Assembly (NCBI GenBank): GCA_900549665.1
Contig: URPH01000002.1
Location: forward strand, 29,947-93,946
Length of the DNA stretch: 64,000 bases
Reading direction: 5' to 3'
DNA from: an uncultured Lachnospiraceae bacterium
GTDB lineage: Bacteria; Bacillota; Clostridia; Lachnospirales; Lachnospiraceae
Shown here: piece after piece, positions 41,043 through 52,289 of the stretch
Position numbering within the stretch: position 1 is the first letter of the stretch
How the letters are laid out: each line of letters starts with the position of its first letter
The notes under the pieces: model-generated
Told to the model about the DNA's origin: nothing
Database searches by the model: none
The model's input: only the letters and a program-made list of their open reading frames with translations
Position numbers and translations under genes: made by a program

Positions 41043-43171
41043 TATACTTCCTCCGTTTCATCCAGCATAAAATCAATCGTATTGGAAACGTAATCCACGT
41101 CATGAACCGTTACCCGCACTGTCTGTCCGAGCTTAAAGGTCCGGTTTGTCTTTTCCCCATATATTTCATACCGGTTTTCGTCAAAGATATAATAATCTCC
41201 GGGAATTTTGGAAATATGGATCAGTCCTTCGACCGTGTTGGGCAGTTCGACATAAATGCCCCATGCAGTCACCCCTGAAATGACGCCGGTAAAATGCTCG
41301 CCGATGCGGTCTGCCATATACTGGGCTTTTTTGCATTTTTCCGTTTCGCGTTCTGCCTCATCGGCCCTGCGTTCCAGCTCTGAGGATTTTTTGCACACAT
41401 TGTCTAAAATGCTTCGGTAATGCTCCATCTTATCCTCTGTCAGGCGTCCGCGCAGATAATCCTTGATGATCCTGTGGATCTGTAAATCGGGATATCTGCG
41501 GATTGGCGATGTAAAATGACAGTAATACTGGCATGCCAGTCCAAAATGTCCGGTACAGTCCGGAGAATATCTTGCCTGCTTCATGCTCCGCAAGGTCAGT
41601 CTGCTGATAAGCCCTTCCTCATCCGTGCCCTCAATAGATGCCAACAGCTTTTGAAGCTCTTTGGGATGAACCTCCTCTGCAGAGGTCTTTAAACGATAGC
41701 CGAAATTGGAGATAAAGAGCGCAAGCTTTTTGATCTTTTCCGGATCCGGTGCTTCATGCGTACGATATACAAACGGTGCTTCCAGCCAGTAAAAATGTGC
41801 AGCCACCGTCTCATTGGCGATCAGCATAAAATCTTCGATCAGCCGGGTCGCAACATTTCTCTCATAGGGCTTAATATCGGTTGGCTTTCCATTGGCATCC
41901 AGTATGATCCTGCTTTCCTGAAAATCAAAATCAATGGAGCCGCGTTTTTTCCTGCGCTCGCGCAAAATTCCGGCAAGCTCTGCCATCTGCTCAAACATGC
42001 CGACCAGCTCTTTGTATTCTCTGCAGCATTCCTCATCGTGTGTTTCCAGAATTTTGGCTACAACGGAATAACTCATACGCCGGTTGACATTGATCACGGT
42101 CTCGGCAATCCGGTAGTCTACAACCTCGCCCTTTTCATTGATATCCATCAGGCAGCTCTGGGCCAGCCGGTCTTCCTTTTCATTGAGGGAACAGATCCCG
42201 TTTGACAGCGTATGCGGCAGCATCGGAATTACCCGGTCTACCAGATAGACACTGGTTCCTCTCTTTAAGGCTTCCTTATCCAGTGCGGAATTTTCCTGCA
42301 CATAATTGGAAACATCTGCAATATGCACGCCCAGATGATATCCGTTTTCATCCACGGTAAGGCTCACGGCATCATCCAGATCCTTGGCATCCTCACCATC
42401 GATGGTGACCATCATGACGTCTCTTAGATCCAGCCTTCCTTCTCTGTCAGCCTCTGAAACATCCCTGGATGCCCTCTCTGCCTGCTTAAGCTGCTTTTCC
42501 GTAAATTCCATAGGCAGGTCAAAGCCCTTTATAATCGATAAGATATCCACACCCGGATCGTTGATATGGCCTATGATTTCTGTGATAATTCCTTCCGGAT
42601 TTTTATCAGGGCCGCCGTAGCTTGTCAGTCTGACAACAACCTTATGTCCGTCCACAGCACCGTTTGTATGCTCTTTTGCAATAAAAATATCCTGCGCGAT
42701 CTTGGTATTGTCCGGTATGACAAACCCAAAATTTTTGCTTTTCTGATAGGTTCCGACAACCGTTTCAAGCGATCTGCATACAATGCTTACAACCTCTGCC
42801 TCCTGTCTCTTTCCTCTCTGTCCGGGCAGTAAGCGTATGCTGACTGTATCCTGATGAAAGGCTCCGTTTACTTTGTTTTCGGGAATATAATAATCCTCTG
42901 TAAAGCCTTCCACTTCAACAAAGCCAAAGCCCTTTGCATTGGATATAAAGGTCCCGGTCAAAACCTTTTGTTCGGGCTTTATATATCTTCCGCGCTTTGT
43001 GATCTGCAGTCTGTTTTCCGATAAAAGCTCCTCAAGCGCTCTTTTAAATTCCGGTCTGTCCCCGGATGAGACCTGCAGCATGATCGCAAGCTCTTTTTCC
43101 TTCATCGGAACATAAAATTCACTCAGAACAAACTGCTCTATATTGTTTTTTCTTTCTTCAAAACTTTTCAT
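41042..43171 (-). CDS. rnr: Ribonuclease R
   Basis: Cold-shock/OB N-terminal domains, an RNB catalytic domain (...DDAVS...HIADVSNYV...) and a C-terminal S1 domain. Classic rnr–smpB–ssrA arrangement. Confidence 0.9.
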   Translation of the reverse strand: MKSFEERKNNIEQFVLSEFYVPMKEKELAIMLQVSSGDRPEFKRALEELLSENRLQITKRGRYIKPEQKVLTGTFISNAKGFGFVEVEGFTEDYYIPENKVNGAFHQDTVSIRLLPGQRGKRQEAEVVSIVCRSLETVVGTYQKSKNFGFVIPDNTKIAQDIFIAKEHTNGAVDGHKVVVRLTSYGGPDKNPEGIITEIIGHINDPGVDILSIIKGFDLPMEFTEKQLKQAERASRDVSEADREGRLDLRDVMMVTIDGEDAKDLDDAVSLTVDENGYHLGVHIADVSNYVQENSALDKEALKRGTSVYLVDRVIPMLPHTLSNGICSLNEKEDRLAQSCLMDINEKGEVVDYRIAETVINVNRRMSYSVVAKILETHDEECCREYKELVGMFEQMAELAGILRERRKKRGSIDFDFQESRIILDANGKPTDIKPYERNVATRLIEDFMLIANETVAAHFYWLEAPFVYRTHEAPDPEKIKKLALFISNFGYRLKTSAEEVHPKELQKLLASIEGTDEEGLISRLTLRSMKQARYSPDCTGHFGLACQYYCHFTSPIRRYPDLQIHRIIKDYLRGRLTEDKMEHYRSILDNVCKKSSELERRADEAERETEKCKKAQYMADRIGEHFTGVISGVTAWGIYVELPNTVEGLIHISKIPGDYYIFDENRYEIYGEKTNRTFKLGQTVRVTVHDVDYVSNTIDFMLDETEEV

Positions 43172-43223
43172 TGTAATTTACCTACATAAAAAAGCACCCT
43201 TGCAAAGAGTGCTTTTGTCTCAT

Positions 43224-43463
43224 CTAAAACAGGTTTAAATTTAAAACGACTGAAAAAACAATAAACAATACTGCCGAAATCGTAGTAACCATAACCAGCT
43301 TACCTTCCTTCGACCTGCTCTTGTTTTTGGTCCAGTAGCTGTCATTGCCACCGCCAATAGCTCCCAGTCCCTGTGACTTGCCTTCTTGCATTAATACAAC
43401 AACTAATAAAAATACACAATCTAAAATATAAATAACAGTCAGAATTAATCTCAATGTGCTCAT
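43224..43463 (-). CDS. secG: Preprotein translocase subunit SecG
   Basis: 79 aa with two TM helices and the SecG central motif LLVVVLMQEGKSQGLGA. Confidence 0.8.
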   Translation of the reverse strand: MSTLRLILTVIYILDCVFLLVVVLMQEGKSQGLGAIGGGNDSYWTKNKSRSKEGKLVMVTTISAVLFIVFSVVLNLNLF

Positions 43464-43534
43464 TGATTGACCTCCTTACGCAATACAGACATCATAATAC
43501 CATATTGCATTGAGAATTTCAAGTCACAAAAAAT

Positions 43535-44008
43535 TTAATAAGTAACCCGGTTCATAAAACGCTCCCATTCCATAACCGTACCGCTGCAGGTAATATCAAT
43601 CCAGTAGGTATCATCCTCATTGAGATCCACACCAATCTGGTACTTTTTTTCATCAGGTGTTTCTGATACCGCCACGACATCATACAGAGGGACATCCTTG
43701 CACTGCTTTAAAATGCGGTCAATATCCGTAAGGACAATTTCCTCATCCGGCTTTTCTTCCAAAAGCTTTCCGTTGGCATCATAGTATTTAAAACCTTCTT
43801 TGACCATACCGGTAACTGCACCGTTTAAAAAACGCATATTGGCAGTATCGACAAAACGATCCACACATTCTTCATTATTGGGATTGGTTCCTTTTACGAT
43901 CAAGCCCTTTAAAACAAGTATGACCGTCTCCTTTTTCAGTTCAATATCCATAATACTGACTTCTTCGAAGTTGAAATATCTTAAATTATCTTTTGTTTCG
44001 AATCTCAT
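43535..44008 (-). CDS. Hypothetical protein (157 aa) at the position where spo0A is normally found
   Basis: Intact ORF with a purine-rich leader. No response-regulator motifs, so it is not Spo0A. Confidence 0.5.
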   Translation of the reverse strand: MRFETKDNLRYFNFEEVSIMDIELKKETVILVLKGLIVKGTNPNNEECVDRFVDTANMRFLNGAVTGMVKEGFKYYDANGKLLEEKPDEEIVLTDIDRILKQCKDVPLYDVVAVSETPDEKKYQIGVDLNEDDTYWIDITCSGTVMEWERFMNRVTY

Positions 44009-44250
44009 ATTGTATATACTTCTTTCCTTTTATATTTTCTTATCTTTTCTTTTTCTGGTTTTCTTTTATTTTTTCCTTTACATTTTCCTATCCAGCTTAG
44101 ATTTTCACCTTATCAATCCACTTTATAATACTACTTGTTCATAAATGTAAAAATCAGTATAAGCTGCCCTGTTTTGTAGTTTAGCATAATTTGAAATCTT
44201 ATCCAATTAATTTTTTATGAACTATATGCCAATAAATTTTTCGTCGGTTT

Positions 44251-45522
44251 TTACGAATTCTGTGCCAGCATATTCTCGATAAAAATACCATAGCCCTTTG
44301 TCGGATCATTGACAAATACATGCGTTACTGCTCCAATCAGTTTTCCGTCCTGAAGAATGGGACTTCCGCTCATTCCCTGAATGATTCCGCCTGTTTTTTC
44401 GATCAGATCAGGATCCGTCACTTTTATGATCAGTCCCCGGTTGCCCTCACTCTGACTGTAATCAATGCTGACAATTTCAACATCATACAAATCCCATTCA
44501 TTTCCGGACATCATGGCTATTTCTGCATCACCGGTATGAATATCCTGTTTTAAGGCAATGGGATATTTTTCCACACAGGAAAAGTCCACCACGGTTTCAT
44601 CCGGCAGTGCCTTTCCGTAGATTCCGTTTGCCGTATTGGATTCAATCGAACCGATCTTTGCCGAATCTAAAAACCGGATCACGCCGGAAATTTCACCGGG
44701 GTTTCCGGTCATTCCTTTTTTCACACCAACAATCTCTGTCTCATATAAACCGCCATAATCGATATCCAGAAGCTTTGCCGTATCTATATCATTGATACCA
44801 TGACCAAGGGCCCCAAAATCTCCGTCCTCGGTCACATAGGTAAGCGTACCAATGCCTTGTGCCGAATCACGGATCCATACACCGATCTGGTACTCCCCTT
44901 CCAGATTCTGTATCGGAACGATCTGTACCTGACTGATCTCGCCATTTCTCTGAATGGTTAAAAGTGTGGGCTCACCATTGGATTCCCGGATCATCCGGAT
45001 CACCTCGCCCTTTAATGCGACATCTGTGCCGTTAATTTTTAAAATATAGTCACCGGGCTGTAAGATATGACTGCTTGGACATGCCTCCGTTGTCGGTGTC
45101 GTCTTTACATTTCCAAGTCCGGCCACAAGCACCCCTTCCGATTTGACATAGATTCCGACCGGACAGCCGACCGGGTAGACATACTGCTCCTCTACGACCT
45201 CCAGCCGGATCTCCTTTAACGGAACAACCCCAAACAATTTGATATTCCATGTATACAGGCCGGAAGCTTCTTCTGTCAAAGTATCAGCAGTCGGAAGTTT
45301 TTTCTGTCCATTCCCAAAGGTTTCCACGACATCCTCTTTTTCACGGATCTCACCGGTAACCGGAAGTGCAAAATTAATTTCTTCCTTTTCACCCTTTTTT
45401 ACATAGATCACATCCGGAATCTGCCTGTAAAACAGCATTTCAAATGTGATAATTCCCAAACATATGGACAAAATAAAAGCCGTATATAAACAAATTTTAT
45501 ACTTTTTCATAATTCCCGTCAC
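44251..45522 (-). CDS. spoIVB: Stage IV sporulation protein B (SpoIVB, peptidase S55 with PDZ domain)
   Basis: N-terminal TM segment, a PDZ region and an S55 catalytic region (...GIGTLTYVTEDGDFGALGHGINDID...). It sits adjacent to recN as in other Firmicutes. Confidence 0.85.
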   Translation of the reverse strand: MTGIMKKYKICLYTAFILSICLGIITFEMLFYRQIPDVIYVKKGEKEEINFALPVTGEIREKEDVVETFGNGQKKLPTADTLTEEASGLYTWNIKLFGVVPLKEIRLEVVEEQYVYPVGCPVGIYVKSEGVLVAGLGNVKTTPTTEACPSSHILQPGDYILKINGTDVALKGEVIRMIRESNGEPTLLTIQRNGEISQVQIVPIQNLEGEYQIGVWIRDSAQGIGTLTYVTEDGDFGALGHGINDIDTAKLLDIDYGGLYETEIVGVKKGMTGNPGEISGVIRFLDSAKIGSIESNTANGIYGKALPDETVVDFSCVEKYPIALKQDIHTGDAEIAMMSGNEWDLYDVEIVSIDYSQSEGNRGLIIKVTDPDLIEKTGGIIQGMSGSPILQDGKLIGAVTHVFVNDPTKGYGIFIENMLAQNS

Positions 45523-45596
45523 CTCATATCAGACAAAACAAAAAAGAAGGAGTGTTATTCTCCTTCTTTAGTGTTTCAATGTTTCGATTTTTTACT

Positions 45597-47276
45597 TTAG
45601 TATTGTTTTGTCTGCTTTGCCATATTTTTCATTTCTGTCGCATTTTGTAAAACAGCATCTGTCAGCTCGTCTGTTCCGAGCAGACGTCCGATCTCAGCTA
45701 TGCTCTCTTCTTCGGTAAGCCTGTGTACGGAAGTACTTGTACGGTTGTCGGTTGTAGACTTCCGGATACAAAAATGGCAATCCGCCATTGCAGCGATCTG
45801 CGGTAAATGCGTGATGCAGATCACCTGATGCTCTTTTCTTAAAACTGCTAGCTTTTCCGAAACCTTCCACGCGGTTTTACCACTGATACCGGAATCGATC
45901 TCATCAAATACCAGTGTACCGGTCCGGTCTTTATCTGCAAATATTGTCTTAACAGCAAGCATGATGCGCGACAGTTCACCGCCACTTGCAACATTGGCTA
46001 ACGGCTTTAACGGCTCTCCCGGATTGAGAGATATCATAAAAGCAATGCTGTCACAGCCATTCTTTTTGCGATGCTCCTTATCATGCTCACAAAACACCTC
46101 AAAACGGCACTGTTCAAAATTGAGATCAACCATAGCCTGCGTCATCTTTTCGGAAAGCTCCATACAGGCTTTTTTTCTCTTTTCATAAAGACTTTGAGAA
46201 AGCTCATCATAGGAAGAAAGCAGCTCTTCCATCTGATTTTGCAGACTGACAAGTGTCTGCTCTCTATTTTCCATCCGGCTGATCTTTTCGGAAAGCGTCT
46301 GTGCATATTGGAAAATATCTTCCATATGACTGCCGTATTTATCCTTTAGGTGATTGATCAGATTTAGTCTGTCGGAAATCCTTTGTAAATCGGATGCATC
46401 CATTTCAAAATGATCCAGATACCGGTCAAGGGAATGGATACAATCCTGTAATACCATTTCCACATCGGATAGCTGTGTGTAAGCATCTGCTAACTCTTCA
46501 TCATAATCCCGTACCGGCAAAAGTGTCCTGAGTGCCATTGACATCTCATTTAACAGGCTGTTATTTTGTCCGCCGAGTATTTCCTGTACACTTCCAACGG
46601 AATCCTGAATTTTTTTGGCATTGGAAAGGCGTTCGTACTGCTCCTGCAGCTTCTCATCCTCGCCTTCGGTAAGCTCTGCTTTTTCGATTTCATCAAGCTC
46701 AAATCTGGCAAAATCCAGCTCTCTTGTATAGTCTGTATCCTGATTGGCAAGCTCTTCATATTGAAGCTTCAGCTTTTTATAATCCCTGTAAAGCTCCCGG
46801 ATTCTTTGAAGGTCACCGGAAATTTCATTCATGGCATAGGAATCGAGCATTTCCTCCTGTACATCGGCCTTTAAAATAGCCTGATGCTCTCTTTGTCCGT
46901 GAATATCGATCAAAAGCTGTGCGACAGACTGCATTGTCTTTAAAATGACGTTTTCTCCGTTTATTTTACAAACACTTTTATTGGGATAAATCCGGCGCTG
47001 CAACACCAGAATATCATCCTCACAGTCAATATCCAGATCTTTTAACCGCTCCTTTTGTTCATCATCCGGCAAAAAGGTCAGGGTCACGGAAGCAAACTCC
47101 GCCCCCGTTCTGATCAGCCCCTTATCAGCCTTTGCTCCCAAAGCCAGCTGGACAGAGGATAGCAAAATCGACTTTCCGGCACCGGTCTCACCGGTTAAGA
47201 TATTCAGTCCTTCTCCAAATTCCACCTCAGCCATATCGATCAGGGCTACATTTTTAACTTGAATACTCTCTAACAT
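45597..47276 (-). CDS. recN: DNA repair protein RecN
   Basis: SMC-like protein with Walker A (GETGAGKS), a long coiled coil and C-terminal Walker B/signature motifs. Confidence 0.9.
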   Translation of the reverse strand: MLESIQVKNVALIDMAEVEFGEGLNILTGETGAGKSILLSSVQLALGAKADKGLIRTGAEFASVTLTFLPDDEQKERLKDLDIDCEDDILVLQRRIYPNKSVCKINGENVILKTMQSVAQLLIDIHGQREHQAILKADVQEEMLDSYAMNEISGDLQRIRELYRDYKKLKLQYEELANQDTDYTRELDFARFELDEIEKAELTEGEDEKLQEQYERLSNAKKIQDSVGSVQEILGGQNNSLLNEMSMALRTLLPVRDYDEELADAYTQLSDVEMVLQDCIHSLDRYLDHFEMDASDLQRISDRLNLINHLKDKYGSHMEDIFQYAQTLSEKISRMENREQTLVSLQNQMEELLSSYDELSQSLYEKRKKACMELSEKMTQAMVDLNFEQCRFEVFCEHDKEHRKKNGCDSIAFMISLNPGEPLKPLANVASGGELSRIMLAVKTIFADKDRTGTLVFDEIDSGISGKTAWKVSEKLAVLRKEHQVICITHLPQIAAMADCHFCIRKSTTDNRTSTSVHRLTEEESIAEIGRLLGTDELTDAVLQNATEMKNMAKQTKQY

Positions 47277-47317
47277 CCTTATCTGCTCCTTATCCGTGCA
47301 TTATCTCTCCTTAATGA

Positions 47318-47770
47318 TCATGCTTCAGATAATAGTAAACGAATTTTCTTTTGCACAACCAGTGCATCCTGCACCGAGCGGATGGCTACCATAACCGTGT
47401 CATCCCCTGCGATCGTCCCGACAATTTCATGATATTGAAAGGAATCCACACAGGCAGCAACCGCCATTGCCATACCGGGCTGTGTCTTTAAAACCAGTAG
47501 ATTCATGGCCGTATCAACAGAAATAACGCTTTCTTTTATGACACGGACGTAGGTCTTTGACAACTCGTTGGCAGCCTTTGGCATGACATAACAGGCTTTT
47601 TGTCCTCCGGCTGCCTCTTTTTGGAGATTCATCTGCCGGATATCCCTGGATACCGTAGACTGTGTGACATGAAAGCCACGTTCGTTTAAAAGAGCTGCCA
47701 GATCCTCCTGTCTGGTAATATGTTGTTGTGTAATGAGTTCAGCTATTGCCTGTTGCCTTTTATTTTTCAT
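47318..47770 (-). CDS. argR: Arginine repressor
   Basis: ArgR/AhrC N-terminal wHTH (...TQSTVSRDI...) and C-terminal oligomerisation/arginine-binding domain (GTIAGDDT). Confidence 0.85.
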   Translation of the reverse strand: MKNKRQQAIAELITQQHITRQEDLAALLNERGFHVTQSTVSRDIRQMNLQKEAAGGQKACYVMPKAANELSKTYVRVIKESVISVDTAMNLLVLKTQPGMAMAVAACVDSFQYHEIVGTIAGDDTVMVAIRSVQDALVVQKKIRLLLSEA

Positions 47771-47820
47771 TTGCCTTCCTTTATCATTTTAAATGCAATG
47801 AAACAATAAGAAAATCAATT

Positions 47821-48636
47821 TTAATCGTTAAATTTTTTATTTAGTATTTCCAGAAAGCTGACATGACTTAACCGTATAAACTTGGTCACTCTTTCCGATC
47901 TGGTAATAAAGACTTCATCGCCGGTTGCCAGAGCTTCGGATATCGCACCATCAAAATTGACTTCCATATCCTGATTTTCACCATTTCTGCCATTGGGAAT
48001 CCGGATCATAATCTCATCATCCGCGGAGAGAACAATGCTGCGGGCATTCAGTGTATGCGGACAAATCGGTGTCAGCAAAATCATCTTTGCCCTCGGCTCT
48101 ATGATAGGTCCTCCGGCTGACATATTGTATCCGGTGGAACCGGTCGGTGTAGAAACGATCATGCCGTCCGCTTTATAACTATGGAGGAACTGTCCGTTCA
48201 CATAGATTTCAAAGGCGAGAATATGTAAAGAACCCTTTCTGGTCAGTACAATATCATTTAACGCATGGTACACCGCAGGCTGACTGTCTTTTCTGCTAAG
48301 TCTGCCGTTAATCATCATACGTTCCTCAATGCTGTATGCATGATTTTTTAATGCAGCAACCGCCGAATCCATCTGTCCGATTTCGATTTCTGTCATAAAA
48401 CCCAGATTTCCGAGATTAATACCAAGAAAAGGAATGTCAACATCTGCAAAATCCGTTGCCGCCTTTAGCAGTGTGCCGTCTCCTCCAAGTACAAAAATAC
48501 AATCTACATCTTTTTCCATCGGGGCCGGAGCAAGAACACTTTCAATTTCCTGTTTTTTTAACAGGGAAACCAGATTCCCGGTAACCGAAAGTGATGGATC
48601 CTTTGCCGTATTTGTAATAATATATACTTTTTTCAT
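47821..48636 (-). CDS. nadK: NAD(+) kinase
   Basis: GGDGT motif (FVLGGDGTLL), NE/D short motif and DG..STPTGSTAY-type motif (VSTPTGSTGYNMSAGG). Confidence 0.85.
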   Translation of the reverse strand: MKKVYIITNTAKDPSLSVTGNLVSLLKKQEIESVLAPAPMEKDVDCIFVLGGDGTLLKAATDFADVDIPFLGINLGNLGFMTEIEIGQMDSAVAALKNHAYSIEERMMINGRLSRKDSQPAVYHALNDIVLTRKGSLHILAFEIYVNGQFLHSYKADGMIVSTPTGSTGYNMSAGGPIIEPRAKMILLTPICPHTLNARSIVLSADDEIMIRIPNGRNGENQDMEVNFDGAISEALATGDEVFITRSERVTKFIRLSHVSFLEILNKKFND

Positions 48637-48644
48637 ATAAAAAC

Positions 48645-49454
48645 CTACTTGTGTGCGAGTGCCTGTTCGGAGGCCGAAACAACAGCATCTATTTCTTCCA
48701 GTTTTGGCATGACAGGAGTATCCGATGAATTCTTAAGCCACAGCAGATACTCGATATTTCCTTCCGGTCCCTTGATCGGTGAATAATCAAGTCCCATGAT
48801 TTCAAAGCCGATGGATGCCGCAAAGCTTTCGATATTGACAATCACTTCTTTATGCACCTTAGGATCCGTGACAACACCTTTTTTGCCGACCTTTTCTCTT
48901 CCTGCTTCAAACTGTGGCTTGATCAGACAGATCATATAAGCATCTTTTTTGAGTAAAGCCTTGGCCGGAGGCAGGATCTTTGTCAGTGAAATAAAGGAAA
49001 CATCGGTTGCCGCAAAATCAAGCTCCTCCGGAATCTGCTCCTTTGTCACATAACGGAAATTGGTCTTTTCCATGCAGATGACCCGCTCATCATTGCGAAG
49101 CTTCCAGTCAAGCTGTCCGTGTCCGACATCAACCGCATATATCTTTTTGGCTCCGTTTTGGAGCATGCAGTCTGTAAAACCACCTGTGGAAGCACCAATG
49201 TCAATACATACAAAGTCCTGTACCTGTATCGGAAAAACCTGAAATGCCTTTTCAAGCTTTAATCCTCCCCTGCTCACATAAGGAAGGGTATTACCTCTTA
49301 CTTCAATAGAAACCGTATCCTCGAAGACAGAACCGGCTTTATCCTCTTTCTGCCCTTCCACATATACAATTCCCGACATAATGATCGCTTTTGCTTTTTC
49401 CCTGGATGCTGCCAGATTGCGCTTAACCAAAAGCACATCTAATCTTTCTTTCAT
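48645..49454 (-). CDS. tlyA: TlyA family rRNA 2'-O-methyltransferase (hemolysin A-like)
   Basis: N-terminal S4 domain plus a FtsJ-like methyltransferase domain (CIDIGASTGGFTDCMLQNGA). Confidence 0.85.
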   Translation of the reverse strand: MKERLDVLLVKRNLAASREKAKAIIMSGIVYVEGQKEDKAGSVFEDTVSIEVRGNTLPYVSRGGLKLEKAFQVFPIQVQDFVCIDIGASTGGFTDCMLQNGAKKIYAVDVGHGQLDWKLRNDERVICMEKTNFRYVTKEQIPEELDFAATDVSFISLTKILPPAKALLKKDAYMICLIKPQFEAGREKVGKKGVVTDPKVHKEVIVNIESFAASIGFEIMGLDYSPIKGPEGNIEYLLWLKNSSDTPVMPKLEEIDAVVSASEQALAHK

Positions 49455-49484
49455 AGATCTTCTCTTTTACTGTTTTCTATAATT

Positions 49485-51377
49485 TTATCGTTTTTCATTT
49501 TTATATTGATTCCATGCCGCGCTGACGGTATCGGCAATGGTTTCTGCGTCAATGCCGACTTCTTTCTTTAACAGATCGACATTGCCATGCTCTACATAAG
49601 AATCCGGCAGGGCAACCGGTAAAACCCTGATGCCCGGATAGGTTTGCTGAACATAGGATAATACATGCTCACCAAATCCTCCACACAGGACATTTTCTTC
49701 CATGGTAACGATCATCCGGTGATCCTTTAACAGGGTATCCACCATATCCGTATCAATCGGCTTTACAAATCTTGCATTGACGATCGTTGCATCAATGCCT
49801 TCCCTTTGTAACAGCTCATCCACAAAAAGTGCAGTCTGTACCATGCTGCCGACCGCAAGCAATGCGATATCCTTTCCTTTTTTCAAAAGCTCCGCCCTTC
49901 CGTACTCGATCGGCGCGCGCTGCTCCTTCATGCTGTCACATGCAACACCTCTTGGATATCGCACGGCAATCGGGCCGTCAAAATCAACCGCAAACTTTAA
50001 CATATCGGAAAGCTCCCATTTATTTTTGGGCGCCATGATATGCATATTGGGGATACCGGATAAATAAGACAGATCAAAAATGCCCTGATGTGTCTCTCCA
50101 TCACTTCCTACAAGTCCGGCTCTGTCGATCGCAAATATAACCGGCAGATTCTGGATGCAGACATCATGAATGATCTGGTCATAAGCACGCTGTAAAAAAG
50201 AGGAGTAAATGGCTACGATCGGCTTCAGACCGCCGGCTGCCAATCCTGCTGCAAACGTGACCGCATGCTCTTCTGCAATTCCAACATCAAAAAAACGATC
50301 GGGATACTTAATGGAAAAACGTTTCAGTCCTGTCCCATCCGGCATGGCCGCCGTAATAGCCACAATCCGGTCATCCTTTTCAGCCAGTTTATTGACAACC
50401 GTTGCAAAAACATCGGTATAGGTTGCCAGCTCTTTTTGCTTTTTGGGAATGCCTGTCTCAATATCAAACGGCTCCGCCCCATGAAAACGGGACGGGTGCT
50501 TTCTGGCAGGCTCATATCCCTTGCCCTTCTGGGTAAGCACATGTACCAAAACTGCATTTTTCACACTTTTAGCTTCATTAAGCACCTTTTTAAGCGCACG
50601 GATATCATGCCCGTCCACAGGTCCCAGATATGTAATTCCCATATCTTCAAAAAACATGCCGGGAATCACCAGCTGCTTGATACTGTTTTTTACATTCTGG
50701 ATACTTCTTACTACCTTCTGGCTCTTTTTAGAGCCATCCTTTAATCCATAGTAAATACTGTCTTTTAATTCCAGATATTTCTGGTTCGTCCTGATACCAT
50801 TCAGATAATTGGAAATACCACCGATATTTTCTGCGATCGACATATTGTTATCATTGAGCACAATAATAAAATTGGAACCCATGCGGGATGCATTGTTTAA
50901 TGCTTCATATGCCATACCGCCTGTCAAAGATCCGTCACCAATGACAGAAACAACCTTGTAATCCTTGTGCTGGATATCTCTTGCCTTGACAAGCCCCAGT
51001 CCTGCTGAAATAGATGTAGAGCTGTGCCCTGTGTCAAATGCATCGCACCGGCTTTCCTTCCTCTTGGGGAAGCCGCTCATACCGCCAAACTTACGCAGGG
51101 TATCAAAGCCGTCGCGCCTTCCGGTCAGAAGCTTGTGCGTATAGGACTGATGTCCCACATCCCAGATAATCTTATCCTCCGGCAGATCCAGCACCAGATG
51201 GAGTGCCATGGTAAGCTCAACCGTACCCAGGTTAGAACCCAGATGGCCACCGTTTTCACTGATCTTTTCAATCAGGAAGGAACGGATCTCCTCTGCCAAC
51301 TGCTTATAGTCCTTCGGATCAATTTTTTTGATATCATTTTCTTTTTGTATTTTATCCAAAATCATTGTAATCACCAA
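49485..51377 (-). CDS. dxs: 1-deoxy-D-xylulose-5-phosphate synthase
   Basis: TPP-binding motif GDG..TGGMAYEALNNA and the transketolase-like middle and C-terminal domains. Confidence 0.9.
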   Translation of the reverse strand: MVITMILDKIQKENDIKKIDPKDYKQLAEEIRSFLIEKISENGGHLGSNLGTVELTMALHLVLDLPEDKIIWDVGHQSYTHKLLTGRRDGFDTLRKFGGMSGFPKRKESRCDAFDTGHSSTSISAGLGLVKARDIQHKDYKVVSVIGDGSLTGGMAYEALNNASRMGSNFIIVLNDNNMSIAENIGGISNYLNGIRTNQKYLELKDSIYYGLKDGSKKSQKVVRSIQNVKNSIKQLVIPGMFFEDMGITYLGPVDGHDIRALKKVLNEAKSVKNAVLVHVLTQKGKGYEPARKHPSRFHGAEPFDIETGIPKKQKELATYTDVFATVVNKLAEKDDRIVAITAAMPDGTGLKRFSIKYPDRFFDVGIAEEHAVTFAAGLAAGGLKPIVAIYSSFLQRAYDQIIHDVCIQNLPVIFAIDRAGLVGSDGETHQGIFDLSYLSGIPNMHIMAPKNKWELSDMLKFAVDFDGPIAVRYPRGVACDSMKEQRAPIEYGRAELLKKGKDIALLAVGSMVQTALFVDELLQREGIDATIVNARFVKPIDTDMVDTLLKDHRMIVTMEENVLCGGFGEHVLSYVQQTYPGIRVLPVALPDSYVEHGNVDLLKKEVGIDAETIADTVSAAWNQYKNEKR

Positions 51378-52289
51378 TTAACTGCGTCTTGCTACTAAAG
51401 ACATGACTAACTCTTCCAAAAATTCATTTCTCTGCGGTACATTTTTCAAAATATCAACAGCCTCTTTGGACAATCTTTCCACATCTTCTTTGGACTTGTC
51501 CATACCCTCTAATGACAGATAGGTAGCCTTTTGATTTTTTTCATCGCTGCCGATCGGCTTGCCAAGCTCTTCAAAAGAACCGGTAGCATCCAGAATATCA
51601 TCCTGGATCTGGAAAGCCAGACCGATATTGGAGCCAACCTTTTCCATCATGGCAATCTGTTCATCGTTAGCACCTGCTAACGCAGCTCCACACATCAGGG
51701 CACATTCGATCAGGGCTGCCGTCTTATTTTCGTGAATAAATAAAATATCGGAAAGTCCCATATCGGCATTGTTGTTTTCATTGACAACATCTACACTCTG
51801 ACCGCCGACCATTCCGAAAATACCGGCCTTTTTTGCAAGAATGCCAAAGGCCCTTATCATGCCCGGATCAACAGCTGTATCCTGCATAGCTTTTGCTATC
51901 GTCTCATAGGCATAATTTAATAAAGCATCGCCTGCAAGGATTGCAATATCCTCACCATATACAACATGTGTCGTTTTGCGGCCTCTGCGATACTCATCAT
52001 TGTCCATTGCCGGAAGATCATCATGCACCAGTGAATAATTGTGTATATATTCAAGGGCTGCCATAAAGGGATATACCTTTTCATCCTCTTTTCCAAATGA
52101 CCGGTAAGCTTCCCACATAAGCATCGGTCTTAAGCGTTTTCCGCCTGCCATCACGCTGTAGCGCATAGCCCCGATCACCTGCTTTTGCAATCCCTCTTCC
52201 TTAGGAAGCATGGAAAAAATAATCTCCTCGATCTGCTGTACCCGGTTTGTAATCTCTTCTTTAAAGTTCATCTGTTTCTCCATTCTCAC
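51378..52289 (-). CDS. ispA: Farnesyl diphosphate synthase / polyprenyl synthetase
   Basis: FARM motif VHDDLPAMDND and SARM motif FQIQDDILD. Confidence 0.85.
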   Translation of the reverse strand: MRMEKQMNFKEEITNRVQQIEEIIFSMLPKEEGLQKQVIGAMRYSVMAGGKRLRPMLMWEAYRSFGKEDEKVYPFMAALEYIHNYSLVHDDLPAMDNDEYRRGRKTTHVVYGEDIAILAGDALLNYAYETIAKAMQDTAVDPGMIRAFGILAKKAGIFGMVGGQSVDVVNENNNADMGLSDILFIHENKTAALIECALMCGAALAGANDEQIAMMEKVGSNIGLAFQIQDDILDATGSFEELGKPIGSDEKNQKATYLSLEGMDKSKEDVERLSKEAVDILKNVPQRNEFLEELVMSLVARRS

